DNA of 64,000 nt from Candidatus Omnitrophota bacterium (GTDB lineage Bacteria > Omnitrophota > Gorgyraeia > Gygaellales > Profunditerraquicolaceae): NCBI GenBank assembly GCA_011620275.1, contig WOZK01000031.1, positions 23,479 to 87,478 on the forward strand. The letters run 5' to 3'. The position numbers were made by a program, and so were the translations under genes. The notes beneath the pieces were generated by a model. That model saw only the letters and a program-made list of their open reading frames with translations, ran no database searches and was not told the DNA's origin. Numbering within the stretch: the first letter of the stretch is position 1; every line of letters starts with the position of its first letter. Shown piece by piece: positions 1 through 8,593 of the stretch.

Positions 1-452
1 ACCGGCCCGAACTCGACCGCCGCGGAATCGGAATAATCGCCTTTTATCCCTCCCACTACGAACTTCTGGATGATCTCGCCGCCTTTGGCGCCTCGCGCCC
101 AAAAAGTCAGCTTGGTCATGCCGGTAAGATCGAATCCTCCCTTTTTGCTTCCCCAGTTGTTGGCGGGATTCTGCCAATAAACCCCGGCCCATCCCTGGCC
201 CTGCGATTTCTTGGCGGAATAAGAGAACTCTATACTGGTGGACCCGGAATGAGGATTCTCCAAAGCCTGATCGTTCATCTTGATATCGCCGAAATCCCCC
301 ATCCAGCCGGAAGCCGCGTAATGATTATCGGGAGATTTGCTGTCGGTGTAAACGCTGAACGACTTCAGGTTATCCGCCTGCGCGCGTTCAAGTGTAGTTG
401 TGAATGCCGAAGCGAATACGGCAATTAAGGTAACCATTAGTAATTTTCTCAT
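1..452 (-). CDS. Secreted hypothetical protein, 3' partial (runs off the left edge); possible carbohydrate-binding beta-sandwich
   Basis: The reverse complement of 450-452 is ATG. It begins MRKLLMVTLIAVFASAFTTTLERAQA, which reads as a signal peptide, and the frame stays open to position 1. It lies immediately downstream of, and on the same strand as, the glycoside hydrolase. It is absent from the ORF track because it is truncated by the window edge. Confidence 0.5.
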   Translation of the reverse strand, partial: MRKLLMVTLIAVFASAFTTTLERAQADNLKSFSVYTDSKSPDNHYAASGWMGDFGDIKMNDQALENPHSGSTSIEFSYSAKKSQGQGWAGVYWQNPANNWGSKKGGFDLTGMTKLTFWARGAKGGEIIQKFVVGGIKGDYSDSAAVEFGP

Positions 453-660
453 TTAAAAACCCCTCCCTGATGGAGCGCGGCCGATTTGTATGCCGCGTTC
501 CTTCCCTCTCCGTTGCCGCGAACATCAAGACCGAGCGGCAGCGTGAAAGTGAACGTTTCCTTAAAAATATATCTTTACCTGATTCGATTCAACTGCGCTT
601 GTTGCCTGTATTCCTCCTTTCTACCTCCCAGCAATATGAAATAGCGAACGTGCGAACCGT

Positions 661-2967
661 TCACCTGTTCCATTTCTTTTTATACATGAAATAAGCCGGC
701 CTTAATTCCCGCAGGAACGGGCTGTTTTTGCCGTCGCCCTGCCCGCAGATACCCAGCCATTCTTCGTGCATGAATCCGTCCGGGAAAGGCCCGGTAAACA
801 AACCTTTGGTGTCGTGCATGGAGGGTTCATAGGCCTTCCACCATTCGTCCAGCCATTCGAAGATCACCCCTCCTATTGCGTTACCCTCTCCTTCATGAAA
901 AGCCATATTCTCCTCTATATCCTCCCAGGTCCCGCGATGGTATTCAGCCTGCGCCTTTTCCTCTTCCTCCACGCTAAAACCCAGGGAAAAAGCCGGACAT
1001 CCGTATTCCGTAATGAACGCCGGTTTGCCCGTTTCTTCCTTGACCTGGCGCCAGAGGGATCCGAAACCGTAGTCTCCGCGGTAGGCGTTGGTGCCGAAAA
1101 TATCCACGTCCGGAGCGTTCTTACCGTATTTATCCAGAAAAAGTACGTCTCCGCTGCATATGGCCACCGGATGTTCCGGATCGATTTCTTTGATCCTCCC
1201 GGCCACTTCGTTGGCAAACTTAAAGAAAGCCTCCGGCTCCTTGTCGGCATTGCAGGCGAATCCATAAACATTCTCGTTGCCCAACAGCCAGAACAGAACG
1301 TACGGCTCGTCCTTGAATTCCTTAACCATGCCGAGCACGGATTCCATCATTTTCTTCTTATGCTCTTCGTCGTTATAATCCGTTCCCGGGTACCAAGATG
1401 CGCCGGAACCTATGGCGTATTTACCGAGAAAATCCCCAACTATCACCCTGATGCCGTAGTCCCTGTACATCGCGCGCATCAGTTCCTTATTGATTTTCTT
1501 GGGATGATGATAAAGCCTGATCGTGTTTATGCCCATATCCTTCATCAGCTTGAAGTCCCCTACCGCCGGCTCATTGGCGTCCCGGATGTTGTTCCTGTTT
1601 TTGTCCACGAAAGCATCGTAAGGACCGTCTATCTTGCCGTTGGCATTAAAATCTTCCTCCATCCAGTTCCCGAGAGTCCCTTCATCGGGAGACTGTCCGA
1701 CTTTGGTGGGGGCGTAAGTAACGGCCCTGATCACGTACGGTTTGTCTTCGACGATCAACTGCCAGCCGTCGTCGTCGTATTGAACCAGATGCACCTTCCC
1801 GCAGCCCAACCGCTTTTTCACCGCAGGAGTTCTTCCGTCGGACATACGCCCCTTGATCTTGTCCGGAGAAGATGTTTTTACGAATTTTCCCGGCGTCGTC
1901 ACCGCCATATCGTTGGATACGTCGTTATCGAAACCATTCAATATCTTTATATCCGCCCCGACCAGTTTATATCCGAGCGAAGGATTGTTGCGCAATATGT
2001 GTTTTATCTTGGCGATGGCGGCCTGCCCCACATACCATGGCGTGTGCCAGTAGGTCCAGCCGTAAGTCCCCGGGAAATGCACGACTATCGCGTAATAACA
2101 CTTCAGAGCGTGCTTATAAAGCCCGGACTTCTCCAGTATCAATCCGAGATAGAAAAGTTTGACGCCCTGCGGTTCCGGAGCCGTGGCCCATTTTAGAAAA
2201 GCCGCTTCCAGGTCCGGGGAATGCACGTAATCCCAATGCGATCCCTCCAGCCTTTTTTCCTTTTGCGCTTTTTTGTAGGCCGGGTCCCAGCGGATGGAAG
2301 TGGTATTGGGGTAGATACCCTCGCCCACCGCCGCGCTCAAGCCTTCCTGGTCCTTGACGATGTATTTATACTCGGCGGTGCCGGTCTTGGTGAATTCTCC
2401 GTATTTTTCATAATCAACCACATCCTCTTTCCCCGGATCATGCAGTTCTATTACCGTCGGCAGCTGGCTAACCTTCTTCTTTTCCTCTATCTCTATAGAA
2501 CCGGTCTCTATCTTTTTGACGCTCTGCTCGGAGGCCTGAGCTATCTTCCAAAACCACCCGCGTTGGTCCCAGGCCTGGGCAAAAGGATATTTCTCTATGA
2601 TGGTCTTGAACAGCTTTTTAGCCTCGTCGTTCTTGCCCTGCCTCATATAACTCTCCGCCTGGATGAAATAAGCGGTAGCGACGTCGTTCAAGACGGCGAC
2701 CGCTTGTATCTCGTCCTTATTGGAGGGCATCCCCTTCAGCGATTCCTGCTGCTTCAACGCCTCGGCCGAATACAACTCGATGCATCTGCCGGTGTATTTG
2801 AACGTGGCTTCCACATCGCCGCTGCCGTGCGCCTGCCAGGACTTGGTGATCAACGTCGAGGAAGATTCGGCCGAATTCTTCGCGGCCGGAGTGCCGTCCC
2901 CGGCCCGGGCAGAGCTGCCTGAAAACAACAAAAACGCCAAACATAAGGAAATAACAGGTATCTTCAT
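661..2967 (-). CDS. Secreted glycoside hydrolase, clan GH-A TIM barrel (GH2-like) with an N-terminal TPR-like region
   Basis: It has the signal peptide MKIPVISLCLAFLLFSGSSARA. The segment DFKLMKDMGINTIRLYHHP resembles the conserved GH2 TIM-barrel segment. GNENVYGF is a candidate acid/base site and ITEYGCP a candidate nucleophile (TEYG as in beta-glucuronidase). It is the last full gene of the sugar ABC operon. Confidence 0.6.
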   Translation of the reverse strand: MKIPVISLCLAFLLFSGSSARAGDGTPAAKNSAESSSTLITKSWQAHGSGDVEATFKYTGRCIELYSAEALKQQESLKGMPSNKDEIQAVAVLNDVATAYFIQAESYMRQGKNDEAKKLFKTIIEKYPFAQAWDQRGWFWKIAQASEQSVKKIETGSIEIEEKKKVSQLPTVIELHDPGKEDVVDYEKYGEFTKTGTAEYKYIVKDQEGLSAAVGEGIYPNTTSIRWDPAYKKAQKEKRLEGSHWDYVHSPDLEAAFLKWATAPEPQGVKLFYLGLILEKSGLYKHALKCYYAIVVHFPGTYGWTYWHTPWYVGQAAIAKIKHILRNNPSLGYKLVGADIKILNGFDNDVSNDMAVTTPGKFVKTSSPDKIKGRMSDGRTPAVKKRLGCGKVHLVQYDDDGWQLIVEDKPYVIRAVTYAPTKVGQSPDEGTLGNWMEEDFNANGKIDGPYDAFVDKNRNNIRDANEPAVGDFKLMKDMGINTIRLYHHPKKINKELMRAMYRDYGIRVIVGDFLGKYAIGSGASWYPGTDYNDEEHKKKMMESVLGMVKEFKDEPYVLFWLLGNENVYGFACNADKEPEAFFKFANEVAGRIKEIDPEHPVAICSGDVLFLDKYGKNAPDVDIFGTNAYRGDYGFGSLWRQVKEETGKPAFITEYGCPAFSLGFSVEEEEKAQAEYHRGTWEDIEENMAFHEGEGNAIGGVIFEWLDEWWKAYEPSMHDTKGLFTGPFPDGFMHEEWLGICGQGDGKNSPFLRELRPAYFMYKKKWNR

Positions 2968-2969
2968 AT

Positions 2970-3830
2970 TTACCCCACTAATGCTCCCTGAGTTACGCCT
3001 TTGACTATGTATTTCTGCATAAGAATATAAACCAGTATTATAGGCAATGCGGTGATGGTTAACCCGGCCATGAGTAGCGGATAACGCGTAATGAATTCCC
3101 CCTGGAACGTCATTAACGCCACCTGCAGCGGCATCAAAGGTTTGGAATCGAATATGATCAGCGCCAGCACGTACTCATTCCAAACATTAAGCGCGTTCAA
3201 AACTACCACGACGGCCAGAACGGGCTTCGCCAGCGGCAGGGCGACGTGACGCCAGATGCCGAGTTTGGAGCAGCCGTCTATCCTTGCCGCGTCTTCGAGT
3301 TCCTTGGGCATCTTGTCGAAAAAAGTCTTCAGAAGAAAGATGCTGGTAGACAATCCCACGTTGATCATGCAAAGTATATAGCCTATGGCGGTATTTCGCA
3401 GATGCAACTTGTTCAACAGAACATAAAGCGGGACGAAACTGCCGGGAATGGGGATCATCATCGCCGCCATGAATATATAGAAAATAAGGTTTCTGCCCGG
3501 GAAGGTGAACCTGGAAAAGGCGTAAGCGGCCAGGGAGGAAACTATCACTATGCCGAGCACGACAACCGAGGTATAAACGATGCTGTTGAAAAAGTTCCGT
3601 CCGAACCCGCCCTGCTTCCAGGCCAGGACGTAATTCTCGAAATGGAACTCTCTGGGAATAAGCGACATGTCCCTAAAAATGGTCTCCTGCGTCTTCAGGC
3701 TGGAAGAGAACATCCAGAGCAGCGGAAAAATGCAGGTCAACGCCACCGCTATAAGAAAAGCATAGACTATCACATTCACTGCCACTTTCTTACCAAAGTA
3801 ATATTTATCGCTTTTCATATACGGCGGCAC
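2970..3830 (-). CDS. Carbohydrate ABC transporter permease (MalG-like, CUT1 family)
   Basis: It has multiple TM helices and the EAA-loop motif LEDAARIDGCSKLGIWRHVALPLAKP. It sits 3 bp from the flanking genes, consistent with an operon. Confidence 0.8.
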   Translation of the reverse strand: MPPYMKSDKYYFGKKVAVNVIVYAFLIAVALTCIFPLLWMFSSSLKTQETIFRDMSLIPREFHFENYVLAWKQGGFGRNFFNSIVYTSVVVLGIVIVSSLAAYAFSRFTFPGRNLIFYIFMAAMMIPIPGSFVPLYVLLNKLHLRNTAIGYILCMINVGLSTSIFLLKTFFDKMPKELEDAARIDGCSKLGIWRHVALPLAKPVLAVVVVLNALNVWNEYVLALIIFDSKPLMPLQVALMTFQGEFITRYPLLMAGLTITALPIILVYILMQKYIVKGVTQGALVG

Positions 3831-3842
3831 TCCTTCGGCGCG

Positions 3843-4721
3843 TTAATATTGCCTTGATCTCTTGGAAAAACGGTATTGCACGAACGAAATTATTATCAAC
3901 ACCACCCCGAAAACAATGCCTTGCGCGCAGGCGTAGCCGAAACGCGACGATCCGCGCATGGAAGCCAATATGCGCAGCACCGGCACCTGCGTGTGGTAAG
4001 CCGGGCCGCCGCCGGTCATGGCTATAATCAAAACGAACGCCTGCATAGTGCCCAGAACGGTAAGAATAGCTACCAGTATGGCTACCGGAATCATCAACGG
4101 CAGAGTTATGTTCTTAAAACTCGCCCAGGCGTTGGCCCCGTCCACGCGCGCGGCTTCATACAACTCCCGCGGGATCGTCTGCAGTCCGGCCAGGAAAATC
4201 AGAAAGCCCCAGCCGAAGCCTTTCCAGCAGTGCACCACGGCCACGGTAGTAAGCGCGGTCTGCGGATCCGAAAGCCAATTCTTGACCAGATGAGGCAGTC
4301 CCATTTTGAGCAGCCAGGCGTTAAGAAGCCCGTAATTGCCGTCGAGTATCCACTGCCATACAAGACCGACTACCACCTCGGAAAGTACCGGCGGGAGGAA
4401 GAAGACGAGCCGGAAGAAATTTTTCATCTTTATTTCCCTGTCGCAGGCCATGGCCAGCATAAAAGCCATCGCGTTCTGAAAGATAAGGGCGATCAGGGTA
4501 ATATACCCGGCGTTCCACATGGAAAGCCACCAGATGTTGTCCTGGGTAAGGACTTCTTTAAAATTAGACAGGCCGACAAAAGTCTTGGTGGGAAGAATAC
4601 CGTCCCATTCATACATACCGAGCTGGAAGACCCAAATGAACGGGATAAGATAGAAAATAAGAAAAATCACGACCGCGGGCAAAACAAAAAGATAATTTTC
4701 CAGTGTCGATTTAATACGCAT
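3843..4721 (-). CDS. Carbohydrate ABC transporter permease (MalF-like, CUT1 family)
   Basis: The EAA motif is YEAARVDGANAWASFKNITLPLMIP, and there are six predicted TM segments. Confidence 0.8.
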   Translation of the reverse strand: MRIKSTLENYLFVLPAVVIFLIFYLIPFIWVFQLGMYEWDGILPTKTFVGLSNFKEVLTQDNIWWLSMWNAGYITLIALIFQNAMAFMLAMACDREIKMKNFFRLVFFLPPVLSEVVVGLVWQWILDGNYGLLNAWLLKMGLPHLVKNWLSDPQTALTTVAVVHCWKGFGWGFLIFLAGLQTIPRELYEAARVDGANAWASFKNITLPLMIPVAILVAILTVLGTMQAFVLIIAMTGGGPAYHTQVPVLRILASMRGSSRFGYACAQGIVFGVVLIIISFVQYRFSKRSRQY

Positions 4722-4763
4722 ATGAGACGTTTGACCACCCGGGCGCAGGCCGCGCGGCGGATG

Positions 4764-6083
4764 TTACTTGTTGTTTTTCTTCGACAATTCCCTTTGCTTT
4801 ATCTTCTGCACCTCTTCCGCCACCTGCACGGAGGTTTTTTCCCCGATAACTATGGACTGAATCCCCTTGTCAAAGGCTTCGACCACGGCGGGGAATTCGG
4901 AAACCCCCCACACGTTGGGATGTGTGGAGGTCTCTATATCGTCCGCGAATTGCGCCAGCACGTCGGATATTTTCTTCAGGCTATCTTTGTTCGCCGGCAG
5001 GTTAAGCGTCATCTCCGCCAAAAAGACCTGCTGTTCACGGTCGGTAAGCCAGCGCAGGAACTTGACCGCCTCTTCTTTCCTCGGCGATCTGGCGTTAACC
5101 ATGAAAGAAGATCCCGCTCCGCCCCAGATTACCATGGGATACTTAGAACTCACCGCCGGCGGCAGCATGGTGCCGAACTCCAAGCCGGGATTCATACCCT
5201 TGTAAACATTCACGCACCAGGAGCCGTTGAACGCGAAGACGGCTTTCTCGTTGGCAAAAAGCTGCTCGGCGTTCTTGTTCACCATGGTCACAAGTCCGTT
5301 CGCCAGCACCCCGGAGTCCTGCATTTGATTGAATATCTCGAAAACCTTGATCCAGTCCGGATCTGTATAAGGGACGTCGCCTCTTATTGTAGCCAATACC
5401 TTGTCTTTCCCCATCACGTTAAAGGCGTAGTTATTTGCCATACAGTCGACCATCCATACTTCTCCCCATCCGGAAACGAGCCCCTGGATACCGGAAGCCT
5501 TAATCTTCGGTCCTAAAGCGAGGAATTCCTCCAGAGTGGCCGGAGGTCTGTTGGGATTTCCGCCTATCTGCTTCAGCAGTTTCTTATTATAGACCATCTG
5601 AATGGTTGTTATGTCGATGGGAACTCCGTATATGCCGGGGGTAACACCGTAAGTATTATCAGGAGAGAACTCGTTGACGGCCAGGGCTTCGGAAAAGAAC
5701 ACGTTCTTCCATTTACCGCTGTCTGCCGACATATAAGGAGTTATATTAAGTATATGGCCCGCCTTGACGAAAGAGGAGAAATCGCGTTTTTCTCCCAGTA
5801 TACCGAAGATATCGGGCAGACTCACGCTCTGCGCGGCAGCCCTGATCTTCTGGGAATAGGCGTCGGAAGGGGCGTAGAGCTCGAAAGTAACTTTCACGCC
5901 GGTCAATTCTTCATACCGGCGGCTCAATTCCTCGAACGCGGGCTGACGGTCGGTCATCCAGTGCCAGACAACCACGGAATTCTTATTCTCCAGAGTCGTA
6001 GGCGCGCACCCGCACAGGCAAAACAGACTTAGAATGGAGAGAGCCGATACACCTCTCAGACAGCCGGAGAATTTTACCGCCAT
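4764..6083 (-). CDS. Extracellular solute-binding lipoprotein of a sugar ABC transporter
   Basis: The start was moved to the internal ATG at 6083, which is preceded by a GAGGAGG Shine-Dalgarno (SD) sequence. The N-terminus MAVKFSGCLRGVSALSILSLFCLCGC carries a lipobox. The protein has the SBP_bac_1-like composition typical of CUT1 binding proteins. Confidence 0.75.
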   Translation of the reverse strand: MAVKFSGCLRGVSALSILSLFCLCGCAPTTLENKNSVVVWHWMTDRQPAFEELSRRYEELTGVKVTFELYAPSDAYSQKIRAAAQSVSLPDIFGILGEKRDFSSFVKAGHILNITPYMSADSGKWKNVFFSEALAVNEFSPDNTYGVTPGIYGVPIDITTIQMVYNKKLLKQIGGNPNRPPATLEEFLALGPKIKASGIQGLVSGWGEVWMVDCMANNYAFNVMGKDKVLATIRGDVPYTDPDWIKVFEIFNQMQDSGVLANGLVTMVNKNAEQLFANEKAVFAFNGSWCVNVYKGMNPGLEFGTMLPPAVSSKYPMVIWGGAGSSFMVNARSPRKEEAVKFLRWLTDREQQVFLAEMTLNLPANKDSLKKISDVLAQFADDIETSTHPNVWGVSEFPAVVEAFDKGIQSIVIGEKTSVQVAEEVQKIKQRELSKKNNK

Positions 6084-6236
6084 TGAGCCTCCTCTCGAGC
6101 CGGAAATCTTATGCTGTAACGGGATTTGCCGACAGTTAGTTGTATTGCGGATAAAATAAGATGTGCTTAACTCTAACACATGTTTATTATACGGTCAAGA
6201 TTTTTATATCGGCACGGGTTAGCGCCGCCGGGTATA

Positions 6237-6581
6237 TCAATGCAGCCGCATGACCCTGGAAAACCTCATTAGTTCGGCATTCTCCAGACGGATACCCGTG
6301 CGATAGCTATTCACGCCTTCCGGCCTGCACCAAACTACCCTGCCCCTGGCGTAAAGCGGCTGACCCTGGTCGGGAACGTTCATCCATATTTCGAGATCCG
6401 CCGAAGACTGCAGCTCAGTTCCGGAGGTCATGCCGAGGCCGTAAGCGCTGATATCGCTTGAAACCGCTTCTCCGGAGATATGCGAATACAGGTCAGTGTA
6501 TTTTACGGGAAATTGAGCTTGAATACGCTCGAACAATCTCTGGTCTTCCGGACTCCCGTCTGGTTGTTCTATATATTCCAT
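6237..6581 (-). CDS. Single-domain PilZ (c-di-GMP binding) protein
   Basis: The RxxxR motif appears as QRLFER. The D-x-S-x-x-G motif appears as DISAYGLG. The C-terminal GRVVWCRPEGVNSYRTGIRLEN fits a PilZ beta-barrel. Confidence 0.6.
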   Translation of the reverse strand: MEYIEQPDGSPEDQRLFERIQAQFPVKYTDLYSHISGEAVSSDISAYGLGMTSGTELQSSADLEIWMNVPDQGQPLYARGRVVWCRPEGVNSYRTGIRLENAELMRFSRVMRLH

Positions 6582-6764
6582 CTATCCCGGATCTCCCCGC
6601 CGCAGATCCGCCTTTAATCAAACCGCAGACAATGTCCGGCAAGGCCCGAACTCCCCCATAGAATCGCGGCCTGAAATCTAAACTATTATACCGGGGCTTT
6701 ATTCCGGCCCGATAAATTATAGCTTATCGAAACGGGAACTGTCAACGTAAAACGGATTTATCAA

Positions 6765-6792
6765 ACCGCATTCATCCCCGGCTTGAACACAG
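6765..6792. repeat. Left terminal inverted repeat of the IS element (ACCGCATTCATCCCCGGCTTGAACACAG)
   Basis: Read directly from the sequence. The matching partner is the reverse complement of 7942-7969. Confidence 0.6.
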
Positions 6793-6897
6793 ATTGGATC
6801 AAATCAATCTGTTAAGGGATATCCGTTCTTTAAGAATATAGTATAAACAGCGGCGTCTATCCATGGTAAAGTATTTTTACAAAGGAGGGATCTTACC

Positions 6898-7860
6898 ATG
6901 TCATATATTAAAGGTAACCGTAATCAGATAATACTTTTACCGCAAGCCGTAGAAGACTACATCGCTAAGGACGATCCACTGCGCGCCTATGACGCCTTTG
7001 TTGAAGCCTTTGATTGTAATGTTTTAGGGCTGAAGATAGAGTAAAACCAGCCTGAGGTTAATACGTATTGACCCAAAGCGATGTTAAACCTTCTTATCTA
7101 CGTTTACGTCTACGGGATACGCAGTTCGCGTAAATTAAAAAGAGCGTGTTATCACAATCTATCGTTTATATGGCTGACGGAAGATATAAAACCTGATTAC
7201 CGGACTATCGCCAGATTCCGAATAGCCAATAAAGATATTATAAAGAACATATCAGGGCAATGCGCGCGCGCGTATGTGTTTAAAACTATGGTTGATAGAA
7301 GGTAACACCTTATTTATAGACGGCACTAAAATCAAAGCCAATGCTTCTTTAAAGAATACATGGTCAAAAGAACGGCTGCAAAAATCGGAGCAGCAATAGA
7401 AGATAATATAAAGCGCATCTTAACGGAATGCGAAACAACCGACGCCGCCGAGGCGAACACGGAATCTTTAATAAAATTCGAGAAAGAACTGGCTGATCAA
7501 AAAACCTGGAAAGCTGAAATGGCCGAAATTGCCAAAGAACTGAAAGAATCCGGTAAACAAAAGCTCAATACTTCAGTAAATGGCCGCAAAATCATACGTC
7601 AGAAGAATGAGACATTAATGCGGCGGCTCGATCAGCTATATGACAGCGATACCGGACAACAGATATACAAACTGCGAAAAGAAAAGATTGAGTTGCCGTT
7701 TGCCCATTTTAAGCACAATATGAACATACGCCAGTTGTTATTACGCGGGATAGATAAAGCGGGTATAGAGTTAAACTTGTGTACTATCAGGTATAACCTG
7801 GTTCGTATGATAACCTTATTGGGCGTGAGCGGATTTGAAGAAACGTTTCTTACCGTTTAA
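6898..7860 (+). pseudogene. IS1182-family transposase pseudogene, frameshifted with an internal deletion of the DDE core
   Basis: Piece 1 (6898-7043) begins MSYIKGNRNQIILLPQAVEDYIAKDDPLRAYDAFVEAFD, a typical IS1182 N-terminus, and is preceded by an AAGGAGGG SD sequence. Piece 2 (7081-7305) reads LLIYVYVYGIRSSRKLKRACYHNLSFIWL. A +3-frame stretch ending FIDGTKIKANAS carries the first catalytic Asp region. Piece 3 (7360-7860) jumps straight to the C-terminal LLRGIDKAGIELNLCTIRYNLVRM. Confidence 0.65.
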
Positions 7861-7941
7861 AACCCGGTATTTTACGTTTTAAAACAGCTTGTGATTTATG
7901 ACTATACTTTTTTCAAAGAGCAAATATTAATATAACCCGGC

Positions 7942-7969
7942 CTGTGTAAAACCCGGGGATGAATGCGGC
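7942..7969. repeat. Right terminal inverted repeat of the IS element (reverse complement GCCGCATTCATCCCCGGGTTTTACACAG)
   Basis: Read directly from the sequence. It pairs with 6765-6792. Confidence 0.6.
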
Positions 7970-7973
7970 TGGA

Positions 7974-8300
7974 TTAACTGTTTTGCCTAAGAACGTGCGC
8001 CACGCCTGTTGTGACCGAATTGGAAAGGCTGATACCGGCGCGAAGAGTTTTTCCCCCTTCCTGCATAGTCCAGATCACTTCGCCTTTCGTGTAGAACGGC
8101 CGGTTTTTGTCGGAAAGAAGAAGCCAGCAATCCAGAGAAGCGCCTCGCGACAACGAAACTTCTGTAAATATCCCCAGCCCGCGTATGCTTACGTCGCTGA
8201 CCGTTCCCATACACTGCAAGGAGGAACCGGTCAAAGAAAACTTTAATGGAAAGCTGACCGGAATCCTGACAAAAAATCTTCTCTCGTCTTGGTTTACCAT
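7974..8300 (-). CDS. Single-domain PilZ protein, paralog of the gene at 6237-6581
   Basis: The RxxxR motif appears as ERRFFVR and the DxSxxG motif as DVSIRGLG. The C-terminal GEVIWTMQEGGKTLRAGISLSN aligns with the other PilZ. Its stop codon directly abuts the right end of the IS element. Confidence 0.6.
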   Translation of the reverse strand: MVNQDERRFFVRIPVSFPLKFSLTGSSLQCMGTVSDVSIRGLGIFTEVSLSRGASLDCWLLLSDKNRPFYTKGEVIWTMQEGGKTLRAGISLSNSVTTGVAHVLRQNS

Positions 8301-8355
8301 ATATTCTGCGTGGAGAAATAGAACATGTTTCAGTCCCCCTGAGAAGGCCCCTTTC

Positions 8356-8391
8356 CCAAAATAAAAACCGGAAGAATCACTTTCCTTCCGG
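8356..8391 (-). terminator. Rho-independent terminator-like hairpin on the minus strand (CCGGAAG / CTTCCGG stem followed by a T-run)
   Basis: The reverse complement reads CCGGAAGGAAAGTGATTCTTCCGGTTTTTATTTTGGG. No annotated minus-strand gene lies upstream of it; see the corresponding finding. Confidence 0.35.
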
Positions 8392-8593
8392 CTTGAGTCC
8401 GTGGCTATCCCCGCTTTTTAAAGTCGGGATTAGCCGGCTTAGAAAAGAGTTTTATTATCTCTTTGTAAATATAGTATAACTCGTGAGGATTTTTTTGTCA
8501 AGCACAAATCTTAACTGAAATAGTTTGACTTTAGTATCTAAATATGTTATTTGTAAAGAGTATTTGTCCATAAAATAATTCTGGAGGATAACC

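Larger units (their letters stand above)
6765..7969 (+). mobile_element. Internally deleted IS1182-family insertion sequence, about 1.2 kb, non-autonomous
   Basis: It has 28-bp terminal inverted repeats (24 of 28 positions match). Its transposase reading frame is broken into three frames and lacks the DDE core. The GC content is lower than in the flanking DNA. Confidence 0.65.

Noticed and set aside
766-2196. Long antisense ORFs (for example 766-2196 +, 3876-5516 +, 9095-10114 -, 34666-35688 +, 52538-53614 +, 54014-54707 +) overlapping well-supported genes
   Set aside because: They are typical shadow ORFs of high-GC DNA. They have no recognisable motifs and low-complexity Arg/Pro/Gly-rich translations. 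Each is fully contained in a strongly supported gene on the opposite strand.
7942-7969. Similarity between the IS inverted-repeat core (CATCCCCGGGTTTTAC) and the intergenic CCCCGGGTTT motif family
   Set aside because: The match is limited to the near-palindromic CCCCGGGTTT core (about 11 of 18 positions). The flanks differ, so it is more likely coincidence than evidence that the intergenic motifs are MITE derivatives of this IS element. It is left as an open possibility only.
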